This document shows, piece after piece, positions 47,981-57,600 of a stretch of 64,000 bases of DNA. The stretch's first letter is position 1, and each line of letters opens with the position of its first letter. The notes under the pieces are model-generated. The model was given only the letters and a program-made list of their open reading frames with translations, was not told where the DNA came from and made no database searches. Both the position numbers and the translations under genes were made by a program. The stretch lies in the NCBI GenBank assembly GCA_041690695.1, contig JBEPVZ010000001.1, forward strand, positions 14,943-78,942. The letters are read 5' to 3'. Source of the stretch: Candidatus Daviesbacteria bacterium. GTDB taxonomy: Bacteria > Patescibacteriota > Microgenomatia > Daviesbacterales > UBA10151.

Positions 47981-49240
47981 ATGGCTAAGTATCAAATTAT
48001 TGGCGGAAATAAGCTTAATGGCTCGGTCACAATCTCCGGGAATAAAAACTCGCTTTTTCCTTGTGTGGCAGCCTGTTTATTAACCAATCAACCAGTAGTT
48101 ATTAAAAACATCCCCGAATTTGCTGATGCGGCCGTTTTATTTGAAATTCTGAAACTGATCGGAGTTAGAGTTGAACAAGGTGCCGACTCCACAACTTTCA
48201 CCGCTGACCAATTAACAACTCATAAACTACCTGACGAGTTAATGGTTAAATTGAGAGGATCAGTCGTTTTAGTTGGGGGATTATTGGCTCGCTTTAAAAA
48301 GGCTGAATTTGTTCACCCAGGGGGAGATGTCATTGGCAAAAGAAGTATTGAGGCTCACTTATCTGGCTTTGAAGCTTTAGGATTTCGAGTTAAACGTTAT
48401 GATTTAAAAATTGGTGTTAATTCAGCCAGACGGGCTGCTCATGATATTGAATATTTCTTAGATGAAGCGTCAGTAACCGCCACTGAAAATCTAATTTTGA
48501 CTGCGGCAACGATGACTAGTAAAGTCACTTTAAAAAATTGTGCTAGTGAGCCACATATTATTGACTTATGCCAGATGCTAACTCAGATGGGGGTTAAAAT
48601 TGAAGGAATCGGTAGTTCAACTTTAATTATTACTGGTAAACAAAAACTAACGAGTACTGAATTTAGTCTTTGTCCAGATTATGTTGAGATCGGGACTTAT
48701 GCGGTGGCAGCAGCCATTACTGGTGGAGAAATTAGTCTTCAAAATTGTTCATCTAAAAATATTGAATCAGTTATTTATCCACTCCAAAAGATGGGCTTAA
48801 ATTTTCAAGAGATATCAGGGGGACTTAAAGTCTCGGCTCGAAATCTCCGGGCTATCCCAAAATTACACACCAACATCTGGCCAGGTTTTCCAACTGATTT
48901 AATGAGCGCGATTATTGTTTTAGCAACTCAGGCTAGGGGAGTTTCTCTCCTTCACGATTGGATGTACGAATCACGGTTCTTCTTTGTCGATAAATTAATT
49001 GCCATGGGCGCCAACATTACGATTGCCGATCCTCATCGGGTGGTGGTTTATGGACCGTCAAAATTAGTCGGCCGCCAACTTGAGACTCCTGATATCCGAG
49101 CGGGCATGGCCTTAGTCCTGGCAGCACTAGTTGCCAAAGGGGAGAGTATTATCAATCGGGCAGAGTTAATTGAAAGGGGTTACGTCAAAGTCGTCGAAAA
49201 CCTCCAAAATTTGGGAGCAAATATCCAAAGACTGGACTGA
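47981..49240 (+). CDS. murA: UDP-N-acetylglucosamine 1-carboxyvinyltransferase
   Basis: N-terminus YQIIGGNKLNGSVTISGNKNS; ~419 aa; EPSP-synthase-like fold motifs. Confidence 0.8.
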   Translation: MAKYQIIGGNKLNGSVTISGNKNSLFPCVAACLLTNQPVVIKNIPEFADAAVLFEILKLIGVRVEQGADSTTFTADQLTTHKLPDELMVKLRGSVVLVGGLLARFKKAEFVHPGGDVIGKRSIEAHLSGFEALGFRVKRYDLKIGVNSARRAAHDIEYFLDEASVTATENLILTAATMTSKVTLKNCASEPHIIDLCQMLTQMGVKIEGIGSSTLIITGKQKLTSTEFSLCPDYVEIGTYAVAAAITGGEISLQNCSSKNIESVIYPLQKMGLNFQEISGGLKVSARNLRAIPKLHTNIWPGFPTDLMSAIIVLATQARGVSLLHDWMYESRFFFVDKLIAMGANITIADPHRVVVYGPSKLVGRQLETPDIRAGMALVLAALVAKGESIINRAELIERGYVKVVENLQNLGANIQRLD

Positions 49241-50010
49241 TGATTAAATACCAGCTAATTGGAGCAGCCTTCCTAATTCTAGTTATTATCTTTTTAGCGA
49301 TTACCTCACATAGCAATACTCTTAAACAAGTTTCAACAGTAACTTCATCACCATCGTCAAGTTCAACAACTTATCCTGCCGGCTCGCTTCAAGAGATACT
49401 TCACAATAATTGCCACTTAGCCAAACTTCAAAATTATGTTATTACCAACGGAGTCGCTATGGATAAATATTTAGCAATTGAGATTGATAAATTACCAGTT
49501 AACATTAAATCAAATCCAGCTCCAAGTGCGTCATGTTTTACCGAAGACTATGAAGATAGTATTAATGTCGATCGTGACATTAAAATAAACCATGAAGGGG
49601 TCAGTTTAGTTTTTTCAAAGGGTAGTATTGCTCTTCGAGATAATGACAGACCATTAATTGACGGAACTAATGGAGATCGCGGCTTAATTAAAACAACCAA
49701 CGATATTAATTACTATGCCAATATTGGAACAGGGGGTGATGGGGGATTTTATACGACTTATATCTATTGGTGGGGAGTTCGGGAGATTACTTTAAAAACA
49801 GGTGAGAAACTTTATGCAACTGCTAAAACCCAAGAGGGAGCACAGCGAATATATATTGCGAGTGATGACCACCCGCTTCCTACGTCATTACCAAATGTTG
49901 ATTCAAAAACTTTTCTAAAAACAACTGTTGAAAATTATTTTAAGGATCACCCCTTATCAAATAGCCAAACTCAACCGATAGAAGATCTCCTTAATTCAGT
50001 TTCAGACTAA
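49240..50010 (+). CDS. Hypothetical membrane-anchored extracytoplasmic protein
   Basis: N-terminal TM; no motif; ATGA overlap with murA. Confidence 0.35.
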   Translation: MIKYQLIGAAFLILVIIFLAITSHSNTLKQVSTVTSSPSSSSTTYPAGSLQEILHNNCHLAKLQNYVITNGVAMDKYLAIEIDKLPVNIKSNPAPSASCFTEDYEDSINVDRDIKINHEGVSLVFSKGSIALRDNDRPLIDGTNGDRGLIKTTNDINYYANIGTGGDGGFYTTYIYWWGVREITLKTGEKLYATAKTQEGAQRIYIASDDHPLPTSLPNVDSKTFLKTTVENYFKDHPLSNSQTQPIEDLLNSVSD

Positions 50011-50043
50011 CTAATAAACAGATTTAGAGTTATACTAATTATA

Positions 50044-51456
50044 ATGCTTCGTTCAGCTGCCATAATTATTTTATTGGTACTCAGCATTTTGGTCGGTCTG
50101 ATTGTTTGGAAACATCACAAGTTATCCTCTAGCTCAGTTCCGACCGGACAAACTTCAACTAACTCACCCTCCCAAGTAGCTGGTATGAACGGTTTTCCAG
50201 GGATTAGTTTAATTTATATCAACCCAACTGATATCAATCCAAATGCAAAGTCTTATCAGATGGCTGATTACGATGCTAAACGAAATCAGGTCATATTTTA
50301 TCCATACGGAGAACTTAGCCCAGTCGTTAACAACGGTATCTTACTAACATATAAAGTCGACCAGGATTTTACTAACCTCAGCAGCTGGCAAACAGCTGAC
50401 TTAAGTCAAATTATTAATAAAACAGCTGTCAACTTTGGTGGCGGATTTCTAGATGATGCTGATAATTATGCTTATCTGCCAGCTGGCCAAAAGACTGACA
50501 GAGCTCTCTCTAATACAGCCACGACAGTCCGAGTCAATCTGGCTAAAGAAGCTGTAAATCCAAACGATCCAAGTGCTTACGAGTCAATTGATTTAAGAAA
50601 TTTGCCTGGGATTCCAGCTACAGGCGGGTTTGCTGGGGTATTTGGTAATGGATACGCCTATTTTGCTCCAACCGTAGACACCAAGACAGGTGACTTTCAT
50701 GGAATTTTCACTAGGTATAATAGTGCAAAAAATTACTCTGATCCATCAGCTTGGGAATGGTATAACTTAAATAATATTACTAACCCTCCCGACCATGACT
50801 TAGGTGGCATGCAATCTTTATCTTACAAAGCTCCCTACGTCTACTTGATCCCATTTTTAAATGGCACTGTCGCTTCAAAAGGTCAAACAAAGCTTGCTAC
50901 CAAATTAATTCGCTTTGATACAACCGCTTCTGGTGGATTTACCTCAGCCTCTTCATACCAAGTATTTGACCTGGCAAAACTACCATTTCCGTCCTCGATT
51001 CTAGGCAAGTTAAAAGGGTTAACTGGTGGAGTGGTAGTTGGAAATCAGGTCGTCTTTGTGCCTTGGGGATCACGAGATTTAGAGCAAACCTCATCGGTGG
51101 CCTTAATTTTTGATACAACCAAGAATTTAAATGACACTAGTGCTTGGCAATATATTGATTTAACAACTATTAATTCTAAGGCTGGTGGCTATCAGTTTGG
51201 TTGGCTAGATAAAAATGGTTTTGTCTGGTTTGTGCCAACCCATAATTACAATATCAAGCCCGCTAATCCACCATTTGTAGTTTGGAATAGTAAATTGCCA
51301 TTCAATGATCCTAAATCGTGGACCTCATACCCAAGCCCTGAACGAATCTGGTCAACGGGAGCAGCTTATGATCCAACTACCAATACCGCTTGGCTATCGC
51401 CATATGGAGCAGTCGCGGTTTTAAGTGGAAACATTACTCAAGTTCAGGAAAAATAA
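50044..51456 (+). CDS. Hypothetical secreted/anchored protein
   Basis: N-terminal TM; 470 aa, beta-rich. Confidence 0.35.
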   Translation: MLRSAAIIILLVLSILVGLIVWKHHKLSSSSVPTGQTSTNSPSQVAGMNGFPGISLIYINPTDINPNAKSYQMADYDAKRNQVIFYPYGELSPVVNNGILLTYKVDQDFTNLSSWQTADLSQIINKTAVNFGGGFLDDADNYAYLPAGQKTDRALSNTATTVRVNLAKEAVNPNDPSAYESIDLRNLPGIPATGGFAGVFGNGYAYFAPTVDTKTGDFHGIFTRYNSAKNYSDPSAWEWYNLNNITNPPDHDLGGMQSLSYKAPYVYLIPFLNGTVASKGQTKLATKLIRFDTTASGGFTSASSYQVFDLAKLPFPSSILGKLKGLTGGVVVGNQVVFVPWGSRDLEQTSSVALIFDTTKNLNDTSAWQYIDLTTINSKAGGYQFGWLDKNGFVWFVPTHNYNIKPANPPFVVWNSKLPFNDPKSWTSYPSPERIWSTGAAYDPTTNTAWLSPYGAVAVLSGNITQVQEK

Positions 51457-52499
51457 TCTTTATCAACAATTTCGACAGATTGGTAGTTTTTTAAAGTTAA
51501 TTGATCAAATTTAAAATCAAAGATCTTTAATTTATCTTTAATCTTTTGATATTGCTCTTTAGAAATAATTCTGGGGGTAAAACCATCCATAGTTTTTTCT
51601 AAAATCCCTCGTCCAATCCAAAAGTCAACAGCTGAAGCATAGGTTGACCCTAAAGTAATCCAACGGCTAACATTATCGGGCGATAAGCCAAATGAGAAGC
51701 AAATTCCTAACCGGTTATCCTCAGTAAAATAATCACCCAAAAATTCAGCTCTAGCTTCGACATCATAATAAGCTAGTTCAATCAGTCGGGATTCAATCAT
51801 CTTTTTGTCTTTATCAGCCTCCGAAAGTACGGTTAAATCATCTTTACCATTCCAAAACACCGACCGTCGACTTCTTTTAAGTTCGAGCTCTTTTTGATCT
51901 TCAGTATATGTTTGCCATTTTTGCCACCTTTCAGGTAAAAGTTTTTCAACTTGTTCAATAATCTCTTCTTTATTACATTTATCGCCAACCCGAAAATATT
52001 TAATATTAAGATTAGCCGGTAAAGATTTCCGATAAACACTAAGTAGGGTGGAAAAAGCCTCCGAGTACTTTTCTAAAGCCTGATCTGGATAGTTATTCAT
52101 TCGGGGCAAGATCATATCTTCGGAGACAAACTCAATAACTACTCCAGGTTCATAAACAGCCAAAATAGGTGATACCCAGTCAGTTAGGAACTTCAAACTA
52201 AAAAGTTCAGCCCAGTCGGGCTCAGGATGAGATGGGTTCCAGTAATGCTTGTAGCCTCCGAAAGGAATCGTAAAATAAATTGGCTGATTCTGGTTAACCT
52301 TAGTGGTTATTTTGTCTTTGAACTCTTTAATGGTATCCGAATGTAACTTTTGCTTTCGAAATTTTTTGCGAAATAATTTTTGAAGAATGAAGTCAACTTT
52401 GTCCCGGTCCAAGACTTTCTGATCTTCATCAGTCAAATTGTAAGGTTGAAAAGTAGTTAGAAGTTTATTTAGATAATCTTCCGGATTTAGATCAGCCAT
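51444..52499 (-). CDS. Hypothetical protein
   Basis: 351-aa ORF. Confidence 0.35.
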   Translation of the reverse strand: MADLNPEDYLNKLLTTFQPYNLTDEDQKVLDRDKVDFILQKLFRKKFRKQKLHSDTIKEFKDKITTKVNQNQPIYFTIPFGGYKHYWNPSHPEPDWAELFSLKFLTDWVSPILAVYEPGVVIEFVSEDMILPRMNNYPDQALEKYSEAFSTLLSVYRKSLPANLNIKYFRVGDKCNKEEIIEQVEKLLPERWQKWQTYTEDQKELELKRSRRSVFWNGKDDLTVLSEADKDKKMIESRLIELAYYDVEARAEFLGDYFTEDNRLGICFSFGLSPDNVSRWITLGSTYASAVDFWIGRGILEKTMDGFTPRIISKEQYQKIKDKLKIFDFKFDQLTLKNYQSVEIVDKDYFS

Positions 52500-52677
52500 A
52501 TTTTAGAGCCAGAGGTAAGCTTTGAACTTACATTTTTTGAATACAATCCAACAGTTTTACTATTAAACTACTCTGGCAATAACTGAATTATATCAAGTTC
52601 GAAGATAGAAAAGATTTATATCGTTATAGGAAAGCAAGTCAGACTTGCCTACTTCGCCCCGCTGAGCGAGACTCTTG

Positions 52678-52749
52678 AGCGGAAGAGGGGACTTGAACCC
52701 CCGACATCCTCGTTGGCAACGAGGCACTCTACCACTGAGTTACTTCCGC
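52678..52749 (-). tRNA. tRNA-Gly (anticodon GCC)
   Basis: Acceptor GCGGAAG/CTTCCGC, anticodon stem CCTCG/CGAGG with loop TTGCCAA, discriminator U. Confidence 0.8.
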
Positions 52750-52755
52750 ATACAG

Positions 52756-52828
52756 TGCCACAGGCAGGAATCGGACCCGCATAACTTGTTCTTCAGACAA
52801 GCGCCTTGACCAACTTGGCAACTGTGGC
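52756..52828 (-). tRNA. tRNA-Phe (anticodon GAA), with an unusual T-loop TCCGATT
   Basis: Perfect 7-bp acceptor GCCACAG/CTGTGGC, U8, D-stem GCC/GGC, anticodon stem CTTGT/ACAAG with loop CTGAAGA (G37), discriminator A. Confidence 0.65.
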
Positions 52829-53260
52829 ATTACTAACCCTATTATGTGTTCTTTGCCTATGACAATTAGCACAAACTAAATCACATTTAGCTATTTCTAA
52901 TTTAATCTTTTCAAAGTTCGATGTATTTCGTAAAGCCATCCACGAAATACTGTGTAATTTTTGGTCACCATCTCGATGATCAAAATCCATCACCCATGGA
53001 GGATATATTTTACCACAATCCAGGCATGGACGATTTTTAATTTCTTCAAGCCATCGTCTTCGCTCATTTTTATAACGAGCTTTTCTTAATAAAGCAAAGG
53101 CTAATTGGCGATCATGGTTCTGGTGATAATACTTACGTCCTCTATCTTTAAAACACTCTTTACATCGTTCGTAGTATTCACCAGCACGTTCTCCACTCTT
53201 CCGTTTATAGAATTGCTCAATACTAAACTGACAATCGCATTTTGAGCAGACTTTCTGCAT
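52793..53260 (-). CDS. HNH endonuclease with N-terminal Cys-rich (zinc-finger-like) region
   Basis: HNH core DFDHRDGDQKLHSISWMALRNTSN...CANCHRQRTH. The last 12 codons overlap the 5' half of tRNA-Phe. Confidence 0.55.
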   Translation of the reverse strand: MQKVCSKCDCQFSIEQFYKRKSGERAGEYYERCKECFKDRGRKYYHQNHDRQLAFALLRKARYKNERRRWLEEIKNRPCLDCGKIYPPWVMDFDHRDGDQKLHSISWMALRNTSNFEKIKLEIAKCDLVCANCHRQRTHNRVSNATVAKLVKALV

Positions 53261-53312
53261 GTGATCTGAGGCAAATTTTACGTTTTTTCACCTAAAAAGG
53301 CAACAACCGTGC

Positions 53313-53771
53313 TTAGAAACGTTTTGGAGACCGGGTGATAAACCAAAATAACTTTTGCCAGATATCACCAAAATAGATTATGTTAATTAAAACTAAGGTG
53401 ATAACCACGATCGCTTCATAACTAATCCGGGCATAGTATGAGTTATTAAGATGAAACCATAAACTAAATTCATCAAAAGTTAATCCCAGTCCAATCCCGA
53501 ATATAGCGGCCAGTTTACCCATATGTCTAGTCCTTGGTAAAACCATTCCTAAATAGCCCGAAATCGTCAGTAAAAAGATCCCATAATTTAAGTGATGAAC
53601 GTGAGTTTGGCCTAAAAATAGATATAAATCCGGTAAAATATCAGCATCAATTAGATAAACAACCGTTCGGGATAAGATAAATGTAAACAAAAAGACCACC
53701 AAGATAATAAAGGAAACTCCCCGTTGGTGGTTAGCAATAACATTTGTATAAATAGTTTTTAATAAATTCAT
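53313..53771 (-). CDS. Hypothetical polytopic membrane protein
   Basis: The tracked ORF to 53843 overlaps tRNA-Val; the start is trimmed to the ATG at 53771 (MNLLKTIY...). Four to five hydrophobic helices. Confidence 0.35.
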   Translation of the reverse strand: MNLLKTIYTNVIANHQRGVSFIILVVFLFTFILSRTVVYLIDADILPDLYLFLGQTHVHHLNYGIFLLTISGYLGMVLPRTRHMGKLAAIFGIGLGLTFDEFSLWFHLNNSYYARISYEAIVVITLVLINIIYFGDIWQKLFWFITRSPKRF

Positions 53772-53782
53772 AATTTTTGAAG

Positions 53783-53858
53783 TGGTGGGCACTGAGGGAT
53801 TTGAACCCCCGACATCTTCAGTGTAAATGAAGCGCTCTACCAACTGAGCTAAGTGCCC
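53783..53858 (-). tRNA. tRNA-Val (anticodon TAC), CCA encoded
   Basis: Acceptor GGGCACT/AGTGCCC, D-arm GCTCAGTTGGTAGAGC, anticodon stem CTTCA/TGAAG with loop TTTACAC, T-loop TTCAAAT, 3' ACCA. Confidence 0.85.
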
Positions 53859-54005
53859 CTGAATGAGTTAATTCTATCAAACCAGTCCACGCTCAGCAAT
53901 GACAAGCCCTAAAAAAAACCTAGCAATTACTTAAAAAGCAATCCCTTGTGATGAAATTCAAAGCATACTATGATGAATTTAACCTGAAAAAAAGGCCTTA
54001 TTTTC

Positions 54006-54677
54006 GTGGATAAACTCAAATTAATTACTAAAACATCTCAATTTAAAATAGGTATGCTTGCAGCTTTGGCTGTGTTGTTAGTAGGTAGCTTAATAACTAA
54101 TATCTGGTTTTGGACAGAACTAAATAAAACAAAGCAAACTTTAAGCTCAAAAAGCATTCAATCGTCTCTAAATCAGCTGATGGAAGAGCATGTTGTACTA
54201 CTAGTAGAGAGTATTAAAACTACTAATAATCCAGCTGAATATCAAGCCAATACTAAACAGCTTGAGATGAATTCAACTGCCATTTCGGAATGGATTGGTC
54301 AAGTTTATGGTGAACCCGCCCAATATTCATTTCAGACTCTCTGGAGAGCCCAAATTAATGCCTATTTACAATATACCGTCGAAACTCAAGCTAAATCCAA
54401 AGACGCCGCGAAAGAGCTCCCAATTATGACCGCCTTCCCGGCGAATCTGACAAATTGGTTTGTTAAAATTAATCCCAAAACTCATCACGATAATCTCGAG
54501 CCATTACTAAGCTCATATGTCGGAATTACTAAGACGATTATTGACTCAACAGCGGTTTCTGATTTCACTAATATTTCAAGGCGCCAGCAAGATTTATCAA
54601 ATACCATGACTCAGATTGCCAATCTAATTTACCAAGATGCTTCGATCGCGTATCCCGATAAGCTAAAAACCAAATGA
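54006..54677 (+). CDS. Hypothetical membrane-anchored protein; stop overlaps the giant-gene start (ATGA)
   Basis: N-terminal TM, 223 aa; translationally coupled to the downstream giant ORF. Confidence 0.35.
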   Translation: MDKLKLITKTSQFKIGMLAALAVLLVGSLITNIWFWTELNKTKQTLSSKSIQSSLNQLMEEHVVLLVESIKTTNNPAEYQANTKQLEMNSTAISEWIGQVYGEPAQYSFQTLWRAQINAYLQYTVETQAKSKDAAKELPIMTAFPANLTNWFVKINPKTHHDNLEPLLSSYVGITKTIIDSTAVSDFTNISRRQQDLSNTMTQIANLIYQDASIAYPDKLKTK

Positions 54678-57600
54678 AAAAATTATTAAAGAAACCAAAC
54701 TTAAATTATAGTCGTCGAACTTATCTGGCTATTTTGGTCACAGTTATCTTTTTCAGTTTAGCTGCCACGATTTGGGCAGCCATCTCCTCTAATATTGGTA
54801 ACTCTTCAACCACCGCCGCCACCCAAGCCTCAACTGAGAAACATATGGTTCGAACCTCAGAGGGAACGATGCACTCATTTGTTCAAGTTGGAACTCAAAC
54901 CTCGACTTGTGGAGGAGTTGCTAAATCAGGGTTACTTTGGTTTGATTCGACAGATAATGGCGCAACTTGGGTCTGCCAATCCCAACTGTCTTCTGATACG
55001 ACCAATTTAATGTATGCCTCAGCCACAGTTGACTCCTCAGATAACGTTTACGTCGTTTACTCAGTGGCAGTGAACGGCGCCAGTGCTTCAAATGATGTCT
55101 TTTATCAAAAGCTGACTAAGGGCAGTGGAGCAACTTGGACCGTCGGAGCAGCTCAAACAGTCTTGGATGCTAGTGCCTCGACAGGTTATAGCTATGCAGT
55201 TATGGAGGTTGAAGGCACCACTAGGCTTTGGCTCGCAGCTCGCTATTTTGATGGTTCAAATTACCAAGTCACAGTTTATGATTCAAACAACCTAAACGAC
55301 GCACCAACTTGGACTGTTTCGCAAGCGAGTTTAGACACCGCCGGCAACGGTACAACGACCCATTTCCCAGCTATGGTTAGATTTGGTAGTAATATCGGTA
55401 TCCTCTATAATGCTCAACTGCCAACAGCAGTTATGCGCTGGCGGATTCGCAATGATTCTGACGGGTTAACCAGTTGGTCAGCCGAAAATGTGGTATCTGC
55501 CAATTTACCCACTACCCCAACTTTCAGTGCCATTTCTGATAGTGCAGGTAACGTCTATTTTGCTCAAAATAATACCACCAATGTTTTGTTTAATTATTGG
55601 AATGGCTCGACTTGGTCAGCCACGACGGTTGTCTCAGCCACCGCCGCTAGTAATACCTTTGTGTCCTTATCAACCGATGGCACCAATGTTTGGATCTTTT
55701 ATGGAGATACCAATGGCCTCTCGCCAACTTTATCCGGTTCAAGAAAGCTGGTTTATAAAAAGGGCATATTGCCTTATACCGCCACCGAGTTTGATACTAA
55801 TCCAACTAATGCTGTAGCTTACCAAGATACCTTTGATAAATATTGGAGTTTTGTCTCGAGCGCCTATACCAACGATACAGTTGATGCCGGGGATATTGAC
55901 GCCACCAATACCGTCTCAAGTGGAGCCGGTAATGATGTTCAAATGACAACCGCGATTGGTGATATCGCTTATTTCGGAAAAACTGCTAAGTTTGATGCAA
56001 TTTCCTGGGCAATGACCACCAACGGAATCGGAGGAGTAATTGCCTGGGAGTATTGGAATGGTAGTAGTTGGACAGCACTTAGTTTTACAACTTCATCAGC
56101 CCCAAACTTCACGGCCAGTGGCTATGGCGCATTTACCGCCCCAGCAGATTGGGCCACCACCGCTATTAATGGGGAAGGTAGTAGTTTTTTCTATATTCGT
56201 GCTCGAACTACCACCGCCTTTACAACTACCCCGGTCGGCTTCCAAATGACCTCAATTCCATTAATTAATTGGAGTAATTTTCTACCCGCCCCAGTTTCAA
56301 ATACTATTTACGGTCAATGGACTGAAAATGCTAGTTCACCAGTTAAAGTTCGAACCGGCTCGATATCAGTCACAGCCAATACCCCTAACGCCGCTTCAAC
56401 AGCCAATTTAACTGGAGTTATCGGCTATTCCGCAACCAATGTAGCAACTCAACCCTCGAACTTGAGACACATGGTCAAAACATCTGATGGAACGATCCAT
56501 GCTTTTATCCAATCAAGTACCGTTTCACCTTGTGGAGCCAGTACCAGCTCAAATAATGGGATGGGCGTGAACTGGATCTACTCAACTGATTCAGGCTCAA
56601 CTTGGGCTTGCGGAGGGTTACTTTCAAACGACACAACTAATTTGATGTACGCCTCAGCGACGGTTGATTCGTCCGATAATATTTATGTCGTTTATTCCAG
56701 TGCCACGGCTGGGGCTAATGCAAACTTCAAGATTTATTACCGAAAGTTGAAGAAAGGTTCGGGCTCAACCTGGACTGTAGGTTCGCAACAAACGGCTGTT
56801 GATGCTACGTCATCCCAAGGCTTTAATTACGCAACCATCGAGGTTGAAGGAACCACCCGGTTATGGCTGGCAGCTCGCTATTTTGACGGTACAAATTATC
56901 AAGTTTCAGTTTACTATTCTAACGACCAATCAGCCGCTCCAACTTGGACCGTTTCACAAGCCACCTTAAATACCGGTAGTACTGCTTCAATTGATAATAT
57001 TCCCGAGATTGTCAGATTCGGATCGAGTATTGGAGTCGTTTATACAGCTTCAACTGTCAACATAACTCGTTGGAGATATCGCAACGATGGCGATAGCTTA
57101 ACCAGTTGGGTACAGGAATCGAACGTCAGTACTGAAAACTTAGATTCAGCCGCCTTTACCGTGGTTTCAGATGGCAGTAACGTTTACTATGCTTCCAACC
57201 AATTAACAAACATATTCTTCACTTACTGGAACGGTACCGCCTGGCAGCCCACAAATACCATCTCAGCCACCGCCATCGCCGATAACTTAGTTAGTTTATC
57301 AACCGATGGCACCAATGTTTGGATCTTTTACACCGATACCACAAACTTATCCGCCACCTTAACCGGTTCAAGAAAGATGGTTTATAAAAAAGGGGTGGCA
57401 CCGTTTAATGTCGCCAACTTTGACGCCACCGCTACCGCCGTCAACTCTTATGAAGACGTCTTTGATAAATATTGGAGCTTTGTCTCGAGTGCTTATACCA
57501 ATGATACTGTAGATGCAGGTGACCTTGATGCCACTAACACTGCTTCGAGTGGGGCTGGTAATGATTTGCAAATGGTCACCGGAGCTGGGGACATTGCCTA

